This document shows positions 25,106 to 39,687 of a stretch of DNA of 64,000 nt, piece by piece; within the stretch, counting starts at the first letter, position 1, and each line of letters opens with the position of its first letter. The notes beneath the pieces were generated by a model that did not search any database, was not told the origin of the DNA, and was given only the letters and a program-made list of their open reading frames with translations. Made by a program: the position numbers and the translations under genes. Location: the NCBI GenBank assembly GCA_964016885.1, contig OZ024753.1:31992001-32056000 (forward strand), in the 5' to 3' direction. Source of the stretch: Eledone cirrhosa (Eukaryota).

Positions 25106-28100
25106 CTACAGGCTTATGTAAAGAGAAGGCCCATTCACACGGGCCATTCTCGCCACTTTCACCCACCTTTCATAAAAACGACTGGGGTGCAGCACCTCTC
25201 TCTCCATCCTGATCCTTCTTCCGAAATGATATCGGAAGAAACGGACCAGTTGTTGGCCAGAGAGAAAGGTGCCTGACCTCAGTCCTTTCAGACGCGTCCA
25301 CCATACAACCTCTTTCGCCATGGCTATTACGCACAGAAACACCGCCTCTGCTTCATCTTTGAAGGGGGGAGGCGGCTTGATCATTACAATAGACTCGGTG
25401 GTCAACCGGATCGGTCCCACCCTTGACAGCAGTTGTTCGACATAGCCCCACAGATCGGCTACGCCCGAGCAGTGTACCAATGCGTGTGCAACGGTTTCCT
25501 CGTCGCACACGCATCTGGGACAGATCTTTTTGGCGGGGTCCCTACCCGGGCGCCCGTGTCTGTAGAGCCTTTCTCGAACGGGTAAAGCCCCTCGGTAGCA
25601 CTGCCAGGCCAGGGACTTCTGGAAGTTGTCCATAGGTCCCGGGCTGAATGTCCTACCGAACAGGCTGGCCAGTTCGTCCTCCTCCATGTCTAGGGCTTCT
25701 CCGAGGGCGTCGTCGCACCTGCTGCGTACCAGCCCTCTATAGAATGTTGCGGTGGAGTCTCCACTGATAACCGGATCCGCCTGCCAGAGGGCGGTGAGCG
25801 CCTGGGCACACTCAGTGTGCCAGGCGCCCAGTTTTCTCGGTCTTTGCTTGACCCAGGATTGCAGCTCGGTGAGTGAGACGAGTCTGGGAAAGGTTCGTCT
25901 CACAAACGAGGCCCACACCGGTTGTCCGGTGAGGAATACGTAGAGGTGCCGTAGCCTTAATGCGTGTTTACGCATCATTAGCCACGGCATCCCCAGCCCT
26001 CCTTTCGAAGGGTGTTGACAGCAGATGGATCTCCTCACCATAGGAGCCCGCCTCTTCCAAAGGAATTGGAAGAGCGCGCGCTCCATCTTGGTGAGGGTTT
26101 CCCTTGGGCAGGGCACTACGGTCAGGCGGTAGTAGATGACGGACGCTATATAAGTGTTCGCCACCTCCGCCCGACCTTTCAGGGATAGTTTGCAATTGGC
26201 CCACTTCTGGGTCAGTGCAAACACCCTGTTCGTAACCTCCGCCCAGTTTTTCTCCACCTGGAGGTCCGGTCCGAACCAGACCCCGAGCAACTTCACCGGG
26301 CCCTCCGTCCAGCGTCCGACGACGCCATCAGAGGGCATCGGTCTGCCCCTCCACGTGCCGAGTTGCAAACCGATTGACTTGCCCCGGTTCAGCTTAGCCC
26401 CTGTGAACTTTTCGTACTCCTCCAGTAAGGTGCCGACCGCCTCGATTTCGGAGGCCGTCGACACCATTACTGTCACATCATCGGCGTAGGCTGACACCGC
26501 TTTCCGCAATCCCGGTTCCAAAGGGATGCCCTGCAACAACTCCAACTTCCGCAGTAGTGGCTCGAGAGTCAACACATACAGAAGGGAGGAGAGAGGGCAC
26601 CCTTGTCGGATGGACCGCGCGATTTTGAACGGCTCCGAGAGGTAGCCGTTCACCTTGACCCTAGAGCCGATGCGGCTGCTGTGCATAGCAGTGATCCAGC
26701 CCCTGAAAACGGGTCCGAAGCCTGCCGCCGCTAGCACCGCATCCAGGTAACCATGGTCGACCCTATCGAACGCCTTTGATTGATCCAAGTTGATCAGAGC
26801 CCCACCAAAGCCGGGTTCGTTCCCAACCCTCTCTATGATGTATCGCATGAGGTGGAGGTTGTCATGGATGGACCTGGACGGGATAGCGCATGTCTGCGCA
26901 TCTCCCACCAGGTTGCCCACGACAAGCGCCAACCTCTTTGCTAGCACCTTGGCCAAAATCTGTAACTCTGTATTTAGCAGAGTTATGGGCCTGAAGTTAC
27001 TTATTTCGTCCCCCTTGTTCTCGTCCTTCCTCACTAGCGTGACTACGCCCTTGGTCACAGTACAGGGAATTCTCCCGTTCTGTTGCCAGTTGCAGTAGAC
27101 CGCCTCGAGGAGATCGGGGAACAAGTCCGGCATAGCTAGATATAATTCGTAAGGAAGACCATCGAGACCCGGGGATTTGCGTTTGCCGCATTGGCCCAGC
27201 ACGTCCTCTATCTCAGCGGCCGAAATCGGCTCCTCGCAAGACTTCGCCTCCCTGTCCGAGAGGCGCGGCAGGCCGTCGAGGTATGGACCGAAGTCCACGT
27301 TTCCAACCGGCTCCCCGCCCCTCCCGAACAGTCGGGCAAAGTGCCTTTGAAAGGCCTCACACATCTGCTTAGGCTCAAGAATCGCCCGTCCATCCAGGTC
27401 TCGCAAAGACCGGATGGTGGATTTAGTTCCACTGTTGGCCTCTGTCACGCGGGCCCAGCTAACAGCTTTGGCCCCCTCGTTCCCTAGAGCACGTATTTTA
27501 CTTCGGACAACGCAGCCTTCGTGCTTCGCGTCGAAAAACTGGCTCAAAGCCGTTCTCGACGCTAGCACTCTGGCCACGTCGCCGCTTCTAATTGCCTCTT
27601 CTACTCTATCTATTAGCTCCCTTTCCTTCCTATTCCTATCCGCAGCTAGAACCTTACTAAATTCAATCGAGACTACTCTAATCTCTCTCTTTAGAGATAC
27701 CCACCACCTGCTGTTGACGATCGCTCCAGTCAACCGTTCCTTAACTAACGTACTAATCCGATTCCTGTAGGCTCTACTTGCCGGCAAGGACAAGTTGAGC
27801 TTCCAGTAACCGGGGCCCTGTCTATGCGTTCTATCAAGGTTGACCATGCAGGTCACCAACTTGTGGTCTGAATAGCCAACCATGAGCATTTCTGGACAAC
27901 TTAAAAAGTCCCTGTCCTTATTTCTAACTAAAAATCTATCTAGGTACGATCTAGATGATCCGCTGCGATTTGACCAAGACCAGGTTGGCACCGTCGGAAA
28001 ATCTAGTCGAAATCTATCGGCCAGGTCAAATCGGCCGAGTAACCCCTTGAGGCTGTTGCACCCCTCTCTATCGGGACATGCCCCTGCATAGTCCCAACGT

Positions 28101-28543
28101 GCATCCAGGATACCATTCCAATCCCCCACTAAAAGCAGGGAACGGGACGTCCCTAGAAAAGACTCCAGACGCTGGAAAAAGTCGGGCCGCTCTGTCCCAA
28201 AAGGGGCATATGCGGCTATCAGCCTAAAGGCTCTACCTTCACCACTGCCAAGGTCCAGCACCACCAGTCGACCCCCTGGGTCCACGTGAACTATCTGTGT
28301 TGCAAGGCCCATATGTTTTTGCAGCAGAACGACAACCCCACCCCCACCTCCGGGCTGACAGAGAGATGCGTGCATCTCAAAGTCGTCAAAGGTGGGGGCT
28401 AGCTGTCGCATGCTGCTGATCCGGGCCTCGCAGATAACCATCACATTTATAGATTGTGACCTGAGGTCATTTAGAAGCATTGCTTGCTTCCAAGACGAGC
28501 CCAGGCCACGCGCATTTAGACACCCTACTCTTAGCACAGCCAT
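25106..28543 (-). CDS. Tx1 ORF2 (APE endonuclease, reverse transcriptase, C-terminal zinc knuckle), intact
   Basis: LNARGL, ICE, VGDWN, SDH; SPGLDG, KAFDRV, RQGCPLS, AYADD; CPRC..H...C; first ATG at 28543. Confidence 0.95.
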   Translation of the reverse strand: MAVLRVGCLNARGLGSSWKQAMLLNDLRSQSINVMVICEARISSMRQLAPTFDDFEMHASLCQPGGGGGVVVLLQKHMGLATQIVHVDPGGRLVVLDLGSGEGRAFRLIAAYAPFGTERPDFFQRLESFLGTSRSLLLVGDWNGILDARWDYAGACPDREGCNSLKGLLGRFDLADRFRLDFPTVPTWSWSNRSGSSRSYLDRFLVRNKDRDFLSCPEMLMVGYSDHKLVTCMVNLDRTHRQGPGYWKLNLSLPASRAYRNRISTLVKERLTGAIVNSRWWVSLKREIRVVSIEFSKVLAADRNRKERELIDRVEEAIRSGDVARVLASRTALSQFFDAKHEGCVVRSKIRALGNEGAKAVSWARVTEANSGTKSTIRSLRDLDGRAILEPKQMCEAFQRHFARLFGRGGEPVGNVDFGPYLDGLPRLSDREAKSCEEPISAAEIEDVLGQCGKRKSPGLDGLPYELYLAMPDLFPDLLEAVYCNWQQNGRIPCTVTKGVVTLVRKDENKGDEISNFRPITLLNTELQILAKVLAKRLALVVGNLVGDAQTCAIPSRSIHDNLHLMRYIIERVGNEPGFGGALINLDQSKAFDRVDHGYLDAVLAAAGFGPVFRGWITAMHSSRIGSRVKVNGYLSEPFKIARSIRQGCPLSSLLYVLTLEPLLRKLELLQGIPLEPGLRKAVSAYADDVTVMVSTASEIEAVGTLLEEYEKFTGAKLNRGKSIGLQLGTWRGRPMPSDGVVGRWTEGPVKLLGVWFGPDLQVEKNWAEVTNRVFALTQKWANCKLSLKGRAEVANTYIASVIYYRLTVVPCPRETLTKMERALFQFLWKRRAPMVRRSICCQHPSKGGLGMPWLMMRKHALRLRHLYVFLTGQPVWASFVRRTFPRLVSLTELQSWVKQRPRKLGAWHTECAQALTALWQADPVISGDSTATFYRGLVRSRCDDALGEALDMEEDELASLFGRTFSPGPMDNFQKSLAWQCYRGALPVRERLYRHGRPGRDPAKKICPRCVCDEETVAHALVHCSGVADLWGYVEQLLSRVGPIRLTTESIVMIKPPPPFKDEAEAVFLCVIAMAKEVVWWTRLKGLRSGTFLSGQQLVRFFRYHFGRRIRMEREVLHPSRFYERWVKVARMARVNGPSLYISL

Positions 28544-28567
28544 GTTGGTGGTAAAGAGAAAAGGCAC

Positions 28568-30210
28568 TTACCTCTCTGCGTCCCGGGAAACGGGCCGCTC
28601 AATTTCCATGCTGGTTGGGGATGGGTTGTTGGGTGGGGTTGTGGTTTGTGGAAGTGAAGGGGCATCGGTGTGTTGTGGGGTTGGGGTGTTTGTCGTTGAG
28701 TGGGTGTCTGGGTGAGGTGGGGGGGTGAAATTTTTTAGGAGGACGCGGTTGATTGGTTTGGCGCAGGGGGGGCCCACGTCCTCCGTGAAATTTATTTTCA
28801 GTGTTTTGTACAAGTGCATTGGGACTTTTATCATTTTCAAATGAGGTAGTCCCACAGCAGTTATAAAGTTTGGCCCTTCGGTTTGGACCGAAGGGTTTGC
28901 TGAAATTGTTTTCCGTAATTCTTTGTTGTCTGTGTTCATGTATGTGTATTGTAATGTCTTTTTTTGTGTAGCAGTTAGTGTTGTGTGACAGGGAGGGGTG
29001 GTTTGTGTGTAGTTTGTGTTCTCTTGGGGGGGATTAAAGTTAACATGTGTGTCTGTGGTGCGTCTCCTCTTCTTTCTTTTTACTTGTTGGAAGGGATCTT
29101 TTTCGTCTTGCGACGAAAGAGGTTCGTCTTCCTTGTTGGGTGGGAGGGGTATGTTTTCTGGTAGTGTTTGCGGTGTGCGTGTTTTTGTATTTGTTTTGGG
29201 TGGGGAGGGATTGGGTGGGACAGTATTCTGTGTTATTTTTTCACGTGTTTGTTGTTGTTGTTGTTGTGGTGGTGGTGGTGGGGTTGTTGGTTTTTGTTGT
29301 TGTTGTGGTTGTTTTTGTTGTTGTAGTTGGGGTGGTGTTGGTGTTGGTAGCAGTGTTTTTTTCTGTGTGAGCTGGGGACAGGCAGCCCTCAGGTGACCTC
29401 TATTGCCACAGAGGTAACAGGAGGGACGCCTACCCTCCACAATAATGTTGAGGTGGGTACGGTCATCCAGCATGACGCGCTCAGGGATTTGGGCGATGCG
29501 TTCTGGCCTTATTTGGGTCAGAACTTCGATGCTCGTTCCACTGAACGCGTCGCCGGATGCCTTCCCTATTGAGATGAGGTTGTCCTCGTCTAAATTGAGG
29601 AAACCGGTTAGTAACCACCAGTAGTTTATGTTTGGGGTGATGGTGGTTATCCATATCCTCTGGGTTTTTTTACCCATGTAGGTAGGGAAGAAGGTGTAGT
29701 GTGTGGACCGAATTGGCGACACAGAGTATTTTTTTGCCGCCAATTCGTCTTTCATCAATATGGATAAACTCCCATAGAGTTTATCCTTTTGTATGAAAGT
29801 GATGTCTCTCATCGCGTCTTTCAAGACTAACTGAGTTTCCGCTTGAGATGGTTGCGCTGGTTTCTTTGTTTTATTTAAAATTGTTCGGAATACGACAGTT
29901 CGTAATTCCGTCTGTCTTTTTAGCTCCGGAGGTGAATGTATAGAAAACGATCCGTTTTCACCAAAAGACACATATTTCTTGGCTTTTTCCAGCATTTCTT
30001 TTGCTTTTGAAATATCTTCCAGCACATAAGCGACTGATAATTTAGCCGTTTGTGCAAAAGATATTTTGTTTTCGTTTTGGATATTAGTATTGTTTTGTTT
30101 CTCGTCGTTTGAGTTGTTTTCATCTTTGTTGTTGTTGTTGTCTTTCTCGTTTCGTGTGTGGATACTTGTGACGTTTGTGTTGTTGTTGTTTTTGTTGTCT
30201 TTATTGTTGC

Positions 30211-30241
<31 letters not shown>

Positions 30242-30418
30242 GTTTTCAAATTCTTGTGTAGTTGTGGCTACATCTAGTGGTCGGTCAACAGGTGAAGACA
30301 ATTCTTCCTCTCTCTGACCTCTGCCTTTGGCATCTGCTGCTGTGACAGTGGCAGGGGGAAGCTGTGAGTATAACTTCCCCTTTCCTTCTTTGATTGATGG
30401 TGAAGATGATTCAGCCAT
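28568..30418 (-). CDS. Tx1 ORF1, copy B
   Basis: CYLCGNRGHLRAAC knuckle; collinear with copy A ORF1; first ATG at 30418. Confidence 0.9.
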
Positions 30419-30648
30419 TTTTCTCAAAATAGGGTTTTTCGAAGTTTTTCGAAAGATAAAATGTTCACAATACTATTTCGCCCAAAGGCGCAGAATATTT
30501 TGAGAGACCGACCAGATCAAAATTTGACCTGGCAGTCCCTCTACAAAATGATACAAAAATGAAAGTTTACAGTTTACAATTTCCGTATGAATTTAAACAA
30601 AAACTTACCGAGCGAGCTCAGCACATGTGTCCATCGTAGATTAGATAA

Positions 30649-30760
30649 CTTTCTTTTTATTTGCCACCAGGGCATCAAAAAGTGGGACAAGTACAATGGG
30701 GGGAGTTTACATGAAAAGGCGTCCTCAATAAGGAGGAGGCAATAACAAAATATAAAAATA
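30649..30760 (-). mobile_element. 3'-terminal stub (copy C) of the same Tx1 family
   Basis: Near-identical to 19001-19110; bounded by (GATA)n(GA)n on one side and a short TATC-like spacer on the other. Confidence 0.9.
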
Positions 30761-30774
30761 GATAGATAGATAGA

Positions 30775-30817
<43 letters not shown>

Positions 30818-31365
30818 AGAGAGGGGGGGGGGCAGAGAGAGAGAGAGAGAGAGAGAGTCGACCCCGCCACTGAGCATATTCTTTTGATATCACCCTGGAA
30901 ATGATGAAAAGCAAAATTGACGTCTGTGAAATCTGAACTCAGAGCGCAGAAACGAATATCACAAACCATTCTATTCTATTGACTGTCTGAATTCGCCACT
31001 GTGCTATTCTATAGAGAAAGGTATAAAATGATATATTTTAACACGGTAGCATATATAACGATGCAAAAATATATATACCTTATCTTTTTGTGTTTGCATA
31101 CACATTTTTTTTATCTTTCCGAAATATTTTGCTTTCTTCCTGTGGTGTGAGTTATGTGGTATGTATTTTATATGTTTGAGAGTATTGGCAGAGGCGACCT
31201 GTGTGTATCGATAATGCTTTGATGCATAGTAACTGGAGAGATTTCTCTCTCGTTGCCATAGTGGTGACTAGGGATGATTTGAATATGGTACTTAAGGAAC
31301 TGATGAAAATCGAACAAAACAATACAAAACGATGTTATTCTTTGTGTAGATGTAGTTCTACCATC

Positions 31366-31428
<63 letters not shown>

Positions 31429-31813
31429 GATATATATACTAGCAAGAGAGACTTTGTCACAGCCCCTCCGACCGCAAATAATCAATGTATGTATAGGACT
31501 GTAGTAAACGTATATCGTGTGTTTAGGGATGACGTTTGCTATATAGTTTTAGGAAATTCTGTAAAGAGCTACTGTTGTTTTCGGCGTGCTTTAGCTATGT
31601 TACCATTGATCTGACTATATTGATTCATCAAACTATTCCAAGTAAAATACTCTTAGTGTGATATATTTGTCTATCCTATTTACTATATCATAGGTACAGG
31701 ATTCAAGTGGCGAAAGTTTCTCTTCACTTGTAGCAATAATATGTATCAGTGTTAATACATCTACATCCTTACAAACATACATATACAAACAAACAGAGAG
31801 AGAGAGAGAGAGA

Positions 31814-31879
<66 letters not shown>

Positions 31880-31885
<6 letters not shown>

Positions 31886-32003
31886 GGACCAAACGTCGTG
31901 ATACATAGGATGTAAATTAGAAAAGAACACGTTAAAAATAAATATGGAAACTTTTTAAAATGTAGTTATTTTTCATATGTATTACGACTTTTGGTCCACC
32001 CTG
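31880..32003. mobile_element. 124-bp Tc1/mariner-type MITE
   Basis: TIRs (T)AGGGTGGACCAAACGTCGTGATACATA / TATGTATTACGACTTTTGGTCCACCCTG, flanked by TA. Confidence 0.8.
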
Positions 32004-32165
32004 TATGTATGTATGTATATATATATATATATATATAATGTAGGAGGTGAGTTTTATTGTAGTACAATAAAGCAATGCAGATATCGGATAAGAAGCACTC
32101 TACAGTTTGTAGGACTGGAGTATACATAATATAAGATCAAAAGATGGTTAAAGGAGTTCCATGTA

Positions 32166-32232
32166 TTTTATTATGCGCATTTCAAAAACAAACATCATCA
32201 TGCAATAATATTTGTGTTTTCATCAGATAAAA
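32166..32232 (-). ncRNA. Type I hammerhead ribozyme motif (inverted copy)
   Basis: Exact reverse complement of 32333-32399. Confidence 0.82.
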
Positions 32233-32332
32233 CAGGAGAACATGATATGAAGGCTAAAAAACACTTGTGGATAGTGCAGTTTTAAATCAACATATGTTGA
32301 TATCATGATAGCCTTCATATCATGTTCTCCTG

Positions 32333-32399
32333 TTTTATCTGATGAAAACACAAATATTATTGCATGATGATGTTTGTTTTTGAAATGCGCATAATAAAA
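32333..32399 (+). ncRNA. Type I hammerhead ribozyme motif with palindromic stem III
   Basis: TTTTAT-CTGATGA-AAACACAAATAT...ATGTTTGTTTTT-GAAA-TGCGCA-TA-ATAAAA. Confidence 0.82.
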
Positions 32400-32429
32400 T
32401 ACATGGAACTCCTTTAACCATCTTTTGAT

Positions 32430-32476
<47 letters not shown>

Positions 32477-32614
32477 CTGTGGGAATCCTAGATACAGTAA
32501 TGATTGTAACAATAGACGTTCGCTAAAAATAATATCCTGTAAACGGAGAAAGTATCCAACAGTCGCAACGAAGAAGCAAACTCTGTATCTCTCGGAAGTA
32601 TGTCTAAATTACAG

Positions 32615-32648
<34 letters not shown>

Positions 32649-32802
32649 ATAGTAATAATAAATACAAAGAGCAAATTCCAGTGAGGACTCGATAAGGGTT
32701 GTATATATAAGTATATATAAAGCTGTAGAGCAAATATTTATTATTAATAGAGATTAGGGTGAAAGCAGAAATTCCTTGCTTAAACTTTTAATCTGCACCA
32801 AA

Positions 32803-33191
32803 AATTGTTTCTACTTTTGGCACAAGGCCAGCAATTAGTGTATTACTGGTACTTTATTTTATCGGCCCCGTAAGGATGAAAGGCAAAGTTAAGATCGGCG
32901 GGATTTGAACTCAGATCATAAAGGGACGTAACTCTTTGCTGCAAAGCATGGCGTCCGACCCTCTACCGGTACTGCCAATCCAACGCCCTTTAATCTTCAC
33001 TAATAATGTTTTCTTATATAGGCACAAGGCCAGTAATTTTTGGGAAGGGGAAAGTCGATTAAATCGACCCCAGTACGTTACTGGTGCTTTATTTTAACGA
33101 CCCCGTAAGGATGAAAGGCAAAGTCAACCTCGGCGGATTTGAACTCAGATCGTCAAGTCAAACTCCACCGATACTGCCAATCCACCGCCCT
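32803..33191 (-). mobile_element. Two tandem Nin-domain SINEs
   Basis: Two full SINE bodies; TTAATCT.CAC.AA.AAT occurs before, between and after them. Confidence 0.88.
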
Positions 33192-33234
33192 TTAATCTGC
33201 ACTAATAATAACTCTGGTTATGAATCTTGGTTAA

Positions 33235-33570
33235 TGACCGTCAGAATATGATCACGAATACAACTAGTCGAAATGGGATTCGTCCGAAGGGTCTTTGGAC
33301 TAACGTTACTCGATAGGATGCGTTGTAGGTCCAAATGGATATCATAGCTTAGAATGTCTAAGAGAAGAATCACTGGACAAATTTTACGGGCAAAGGCAGC
33401 CGACAGGAGAAACAGAGGTTGAGAACGAGCAAGGGACCTAGATAATATCAATGAGCTTGGTTGGTCTCACTTGGGGCTCCTGCTGGATCAATGGGAGACA
33501 GTTGCTTCTGACAGGACCCTGGAAGGCCTGCCTGAGGACTATACCAACACGAACCTCTCAGGAATAATAA
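33235..33570 (+). mobile_element. Degraded LINE 3' end (RTE-like)
   Basis: One frame reads LRMSKRRITGQILRAK..RRNRG*ERAR...QWETVASDRT, resembling RTE C-termini, with stops. Confidence 0.55.
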
Positions 33571-33672
33571 CAAGATGAAGAAGGATTAACTATAAGAACT
33601 TATTGGATGTTTGGTGTTTTACAGAAAAAAACGGCGTCTATGATGTTTACAACACAGACACATACCCCTCCC

Positions 33673-33753
<81 letters not shown>

Positions 33754-33884
33754 TATAGATATATAGATATATATTTGCCTTGTACGTTTGAAGCAAATAC
33801 TCTTTCATCCATCAGATGAGTGTGTGTGTATTTGTATATACGCCGTGGGAGTGTGATTGTGTGTGTGACTAAGTCTGAGTTTCG

Positions 33885-33922
<38 letters not shown>

Positions 33923-35225
33923 TTGATAGATAGATAGATGTGTGTGTTATAAGTTACAAGAGCTAACGACACAAAAAAGTTTTCAGTGAATCTTAGGTTA
34001 TTTGCTGCCCTTTGCTAAGTAAGGATTGTGATAAATATCAAAGTTCTTTAACAAAACCACGAAGATAACACTAATAACTGTTTTACAGAAGCAAAGGCCT
34101 GTGGCTTTACTTTTATCTTTGACATTTATCACCTCATATTTCTTTCTTGCTTTTTCCTATTATATATATATATATATATATACAGATAGATACACAAACA
34201 CGCACGCGAACACACAATCCCACGAAAAAAACAACATAGAAATCAAAACACATGGGACGAACAAATAAAAGCATCCAACTTACTCGTCAGCCACAAACAC
34301 ATACATATATAAATACATACACACACTCACATACACATACGCATGCATAAGTACGCCTTTGGTTTTTGGTTTTTACACATTTCCCCTATCTTTTTTCTGC
34401 ATCTCGTCTCTTTTTCATTGAGATTCTGTCTTCTGTTGATCTAAGTCTCCCTTTTATCTTTCCCCATCCCATCAATGTTTTGAGCGCCGTATTGATAGCG
34501 AGTCAGCTGCAGACTTGAGTTCGCCATAAGTAGGAAATAATTATTTATTTACATTTTCCTATTAAAGTTCACCTAGGCGAAATTTGAAATTCAGAGCGCA
34601 GACAGCTGTACGAAATACTATGAAATCTTTTTATCTGGCACCCGAACGACTTTGCCTAGTCGTTACCATAATATACACATCATAAAAATTGTAATTTGTC
34701 AGTGGTTTTGCTTTCGACATTCCAGTAAATATGGCCTTATTTATTGGAATAATAATTAGAAAGGAAAAAAACCCGAATCAAAAAAAGAAAAGGAAAATAG
34801 ATAAATAAAACTAACAAAAAAAAAAGGGGGATATAAACCAATATTACAATAATTTCTGTTTTATTTATAAAGTTTATATCTCTAAAGTCCTATACTTCAT
34901 TAAGACAGAATTGCCATTTTTTCCTATTTGCACACAAAACCAACCAACCCACCAAACCAAAATCAAGTAAAACTACAGCTCACAAATGGCAAGAATTAAT
35001 AACTATTTTAAATTGAAACTTAATGAAATGAGAAATGTAATCTGATGGAATGAATATAGTATGAAGAAGATGTAAAATAAATATAAAAGAAAAGAAGATA
35101 AAATAATAAGAAACATTGTCGATAGACATAGATATATGTATTTTCCTGGAAGGTATTTCTGATGGAAAATTCTGATAAAAATCTACCAAAGATTTCCCAA
35201 AGAAAATTATAAATATGAAAGAAAT

Positions 35226-37702
<2,477 letters not shown>

Positions 37703-38261
37703 GGTGGCTGCCAACTCGTTTTCGAGTACGGCCATTACTTTATATCCATGTAGGAGAACCCCTACCGATGCGCTGAACGAGTGTGACTTTTTAGTCCAGC
37801 CAGCGACTTGAAAACTCTGGTACAAACACTACACTTGTGACAATTATTGACACATAGTGCTGGGCCCATGGTACCATGTGACGACAAGTGCAGAGAGATC
37901 TCCAGATATAAAGCAATGCCTGTGCCGTGAAGCTTTTATAGTGAGCAAAGGCACTGCACAAAGCCAGTCCCACTCTCTTAACCAAGATGATATTTACCAA
38001 AAAGAAGAACAAGTCAACATCATTGGATACCATCAGGGTTGCAGGTGTTATATCAGAGTTTTCCTTCTCCTAGAATTCTGCCTTGACAAAGGCTAAGGGG
38101 TCATCTCTCCCGGTGATTTTGGATGGCCATTGACTCTTAAGAGCTCCTTTGCCCTTTGACAGGTTTTGTTTTTAGTCCTGCAGGATGTCCAAAGTCACCT
38201 GTCTCATGGTCGGGTCGTTGGCGACTAAACTGGCAACCCCACCAAGGTTTCTTGGTGAGGA
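37703..38261 (-). mobile_element. RTE-clade 5' fragment with inverted terminal segment
   Basis: Minus strand has CTAGGAGAAGGAAAACTCTGA, a motif I recognise from RTE 5' UTRs; near-identical to 39688-40295 except that about 38200-38261 is inverted. Confidence 0.7.
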
Positions 38262-39318
<1,057 letters not shown>

Positions 39319-39505
39319 CTAAGGCGGGTAAAATTCCCGAGATCCATGGACGAGTTCTCTCCAGCGGTCTCTGTCCCTCATTATCGCTGCCATGTCCTGC
39401 GTCTCCAACAGACCAGTGTCTGTCCTTAGGGCATCAACATATGTTAACCTTGGTCTTCCTCTTCCAGTGTGTCCATGTAGGGGCTCCCAAAGGAGCACTG
39501 AGTGC
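39319..39505 (-). mobile_element. RTE LINE 3' end
   Basis: [24 protein letters not shown]...[11 protein letters not shown] is a typical RTE ORF C-terminus. Confidence 0.85.
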
Positions 39506-39687
39506 ATATATATATACATACATATATATAAACATACATATATATATATACATATATATATATACATATATAAAAATACATATATATACATATATACATA
39601 CAAATATATATATATATACATATATATATACATATATATACATATATACATATATACATATATATATATACATATACACATATATAT

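Larger units (their letters stand above)
24843..30635 (-). mobile_element. Full-length, apparently intact Tx1-clade retrotransposon, copy B
   Basis: Both ORFs open; ends homologous to copy A. Confidence 0.95.
32039..32434. mobile_element. Foldback element (probable inverted PLE pseudo-LTR pair) in (TA)n
   Basis: Arms about 32130-32256 and 32309-32434 are essentially perfect inverted copies; family recurs at 58646-58850. Confidence 0.8.

Noticed and set aside
19581-30317. Plus-strand ORFs duplicated in both Tx1 copies
   Set aside because: Antisense shadows of conserved GC-rich coding sequence; no motifs
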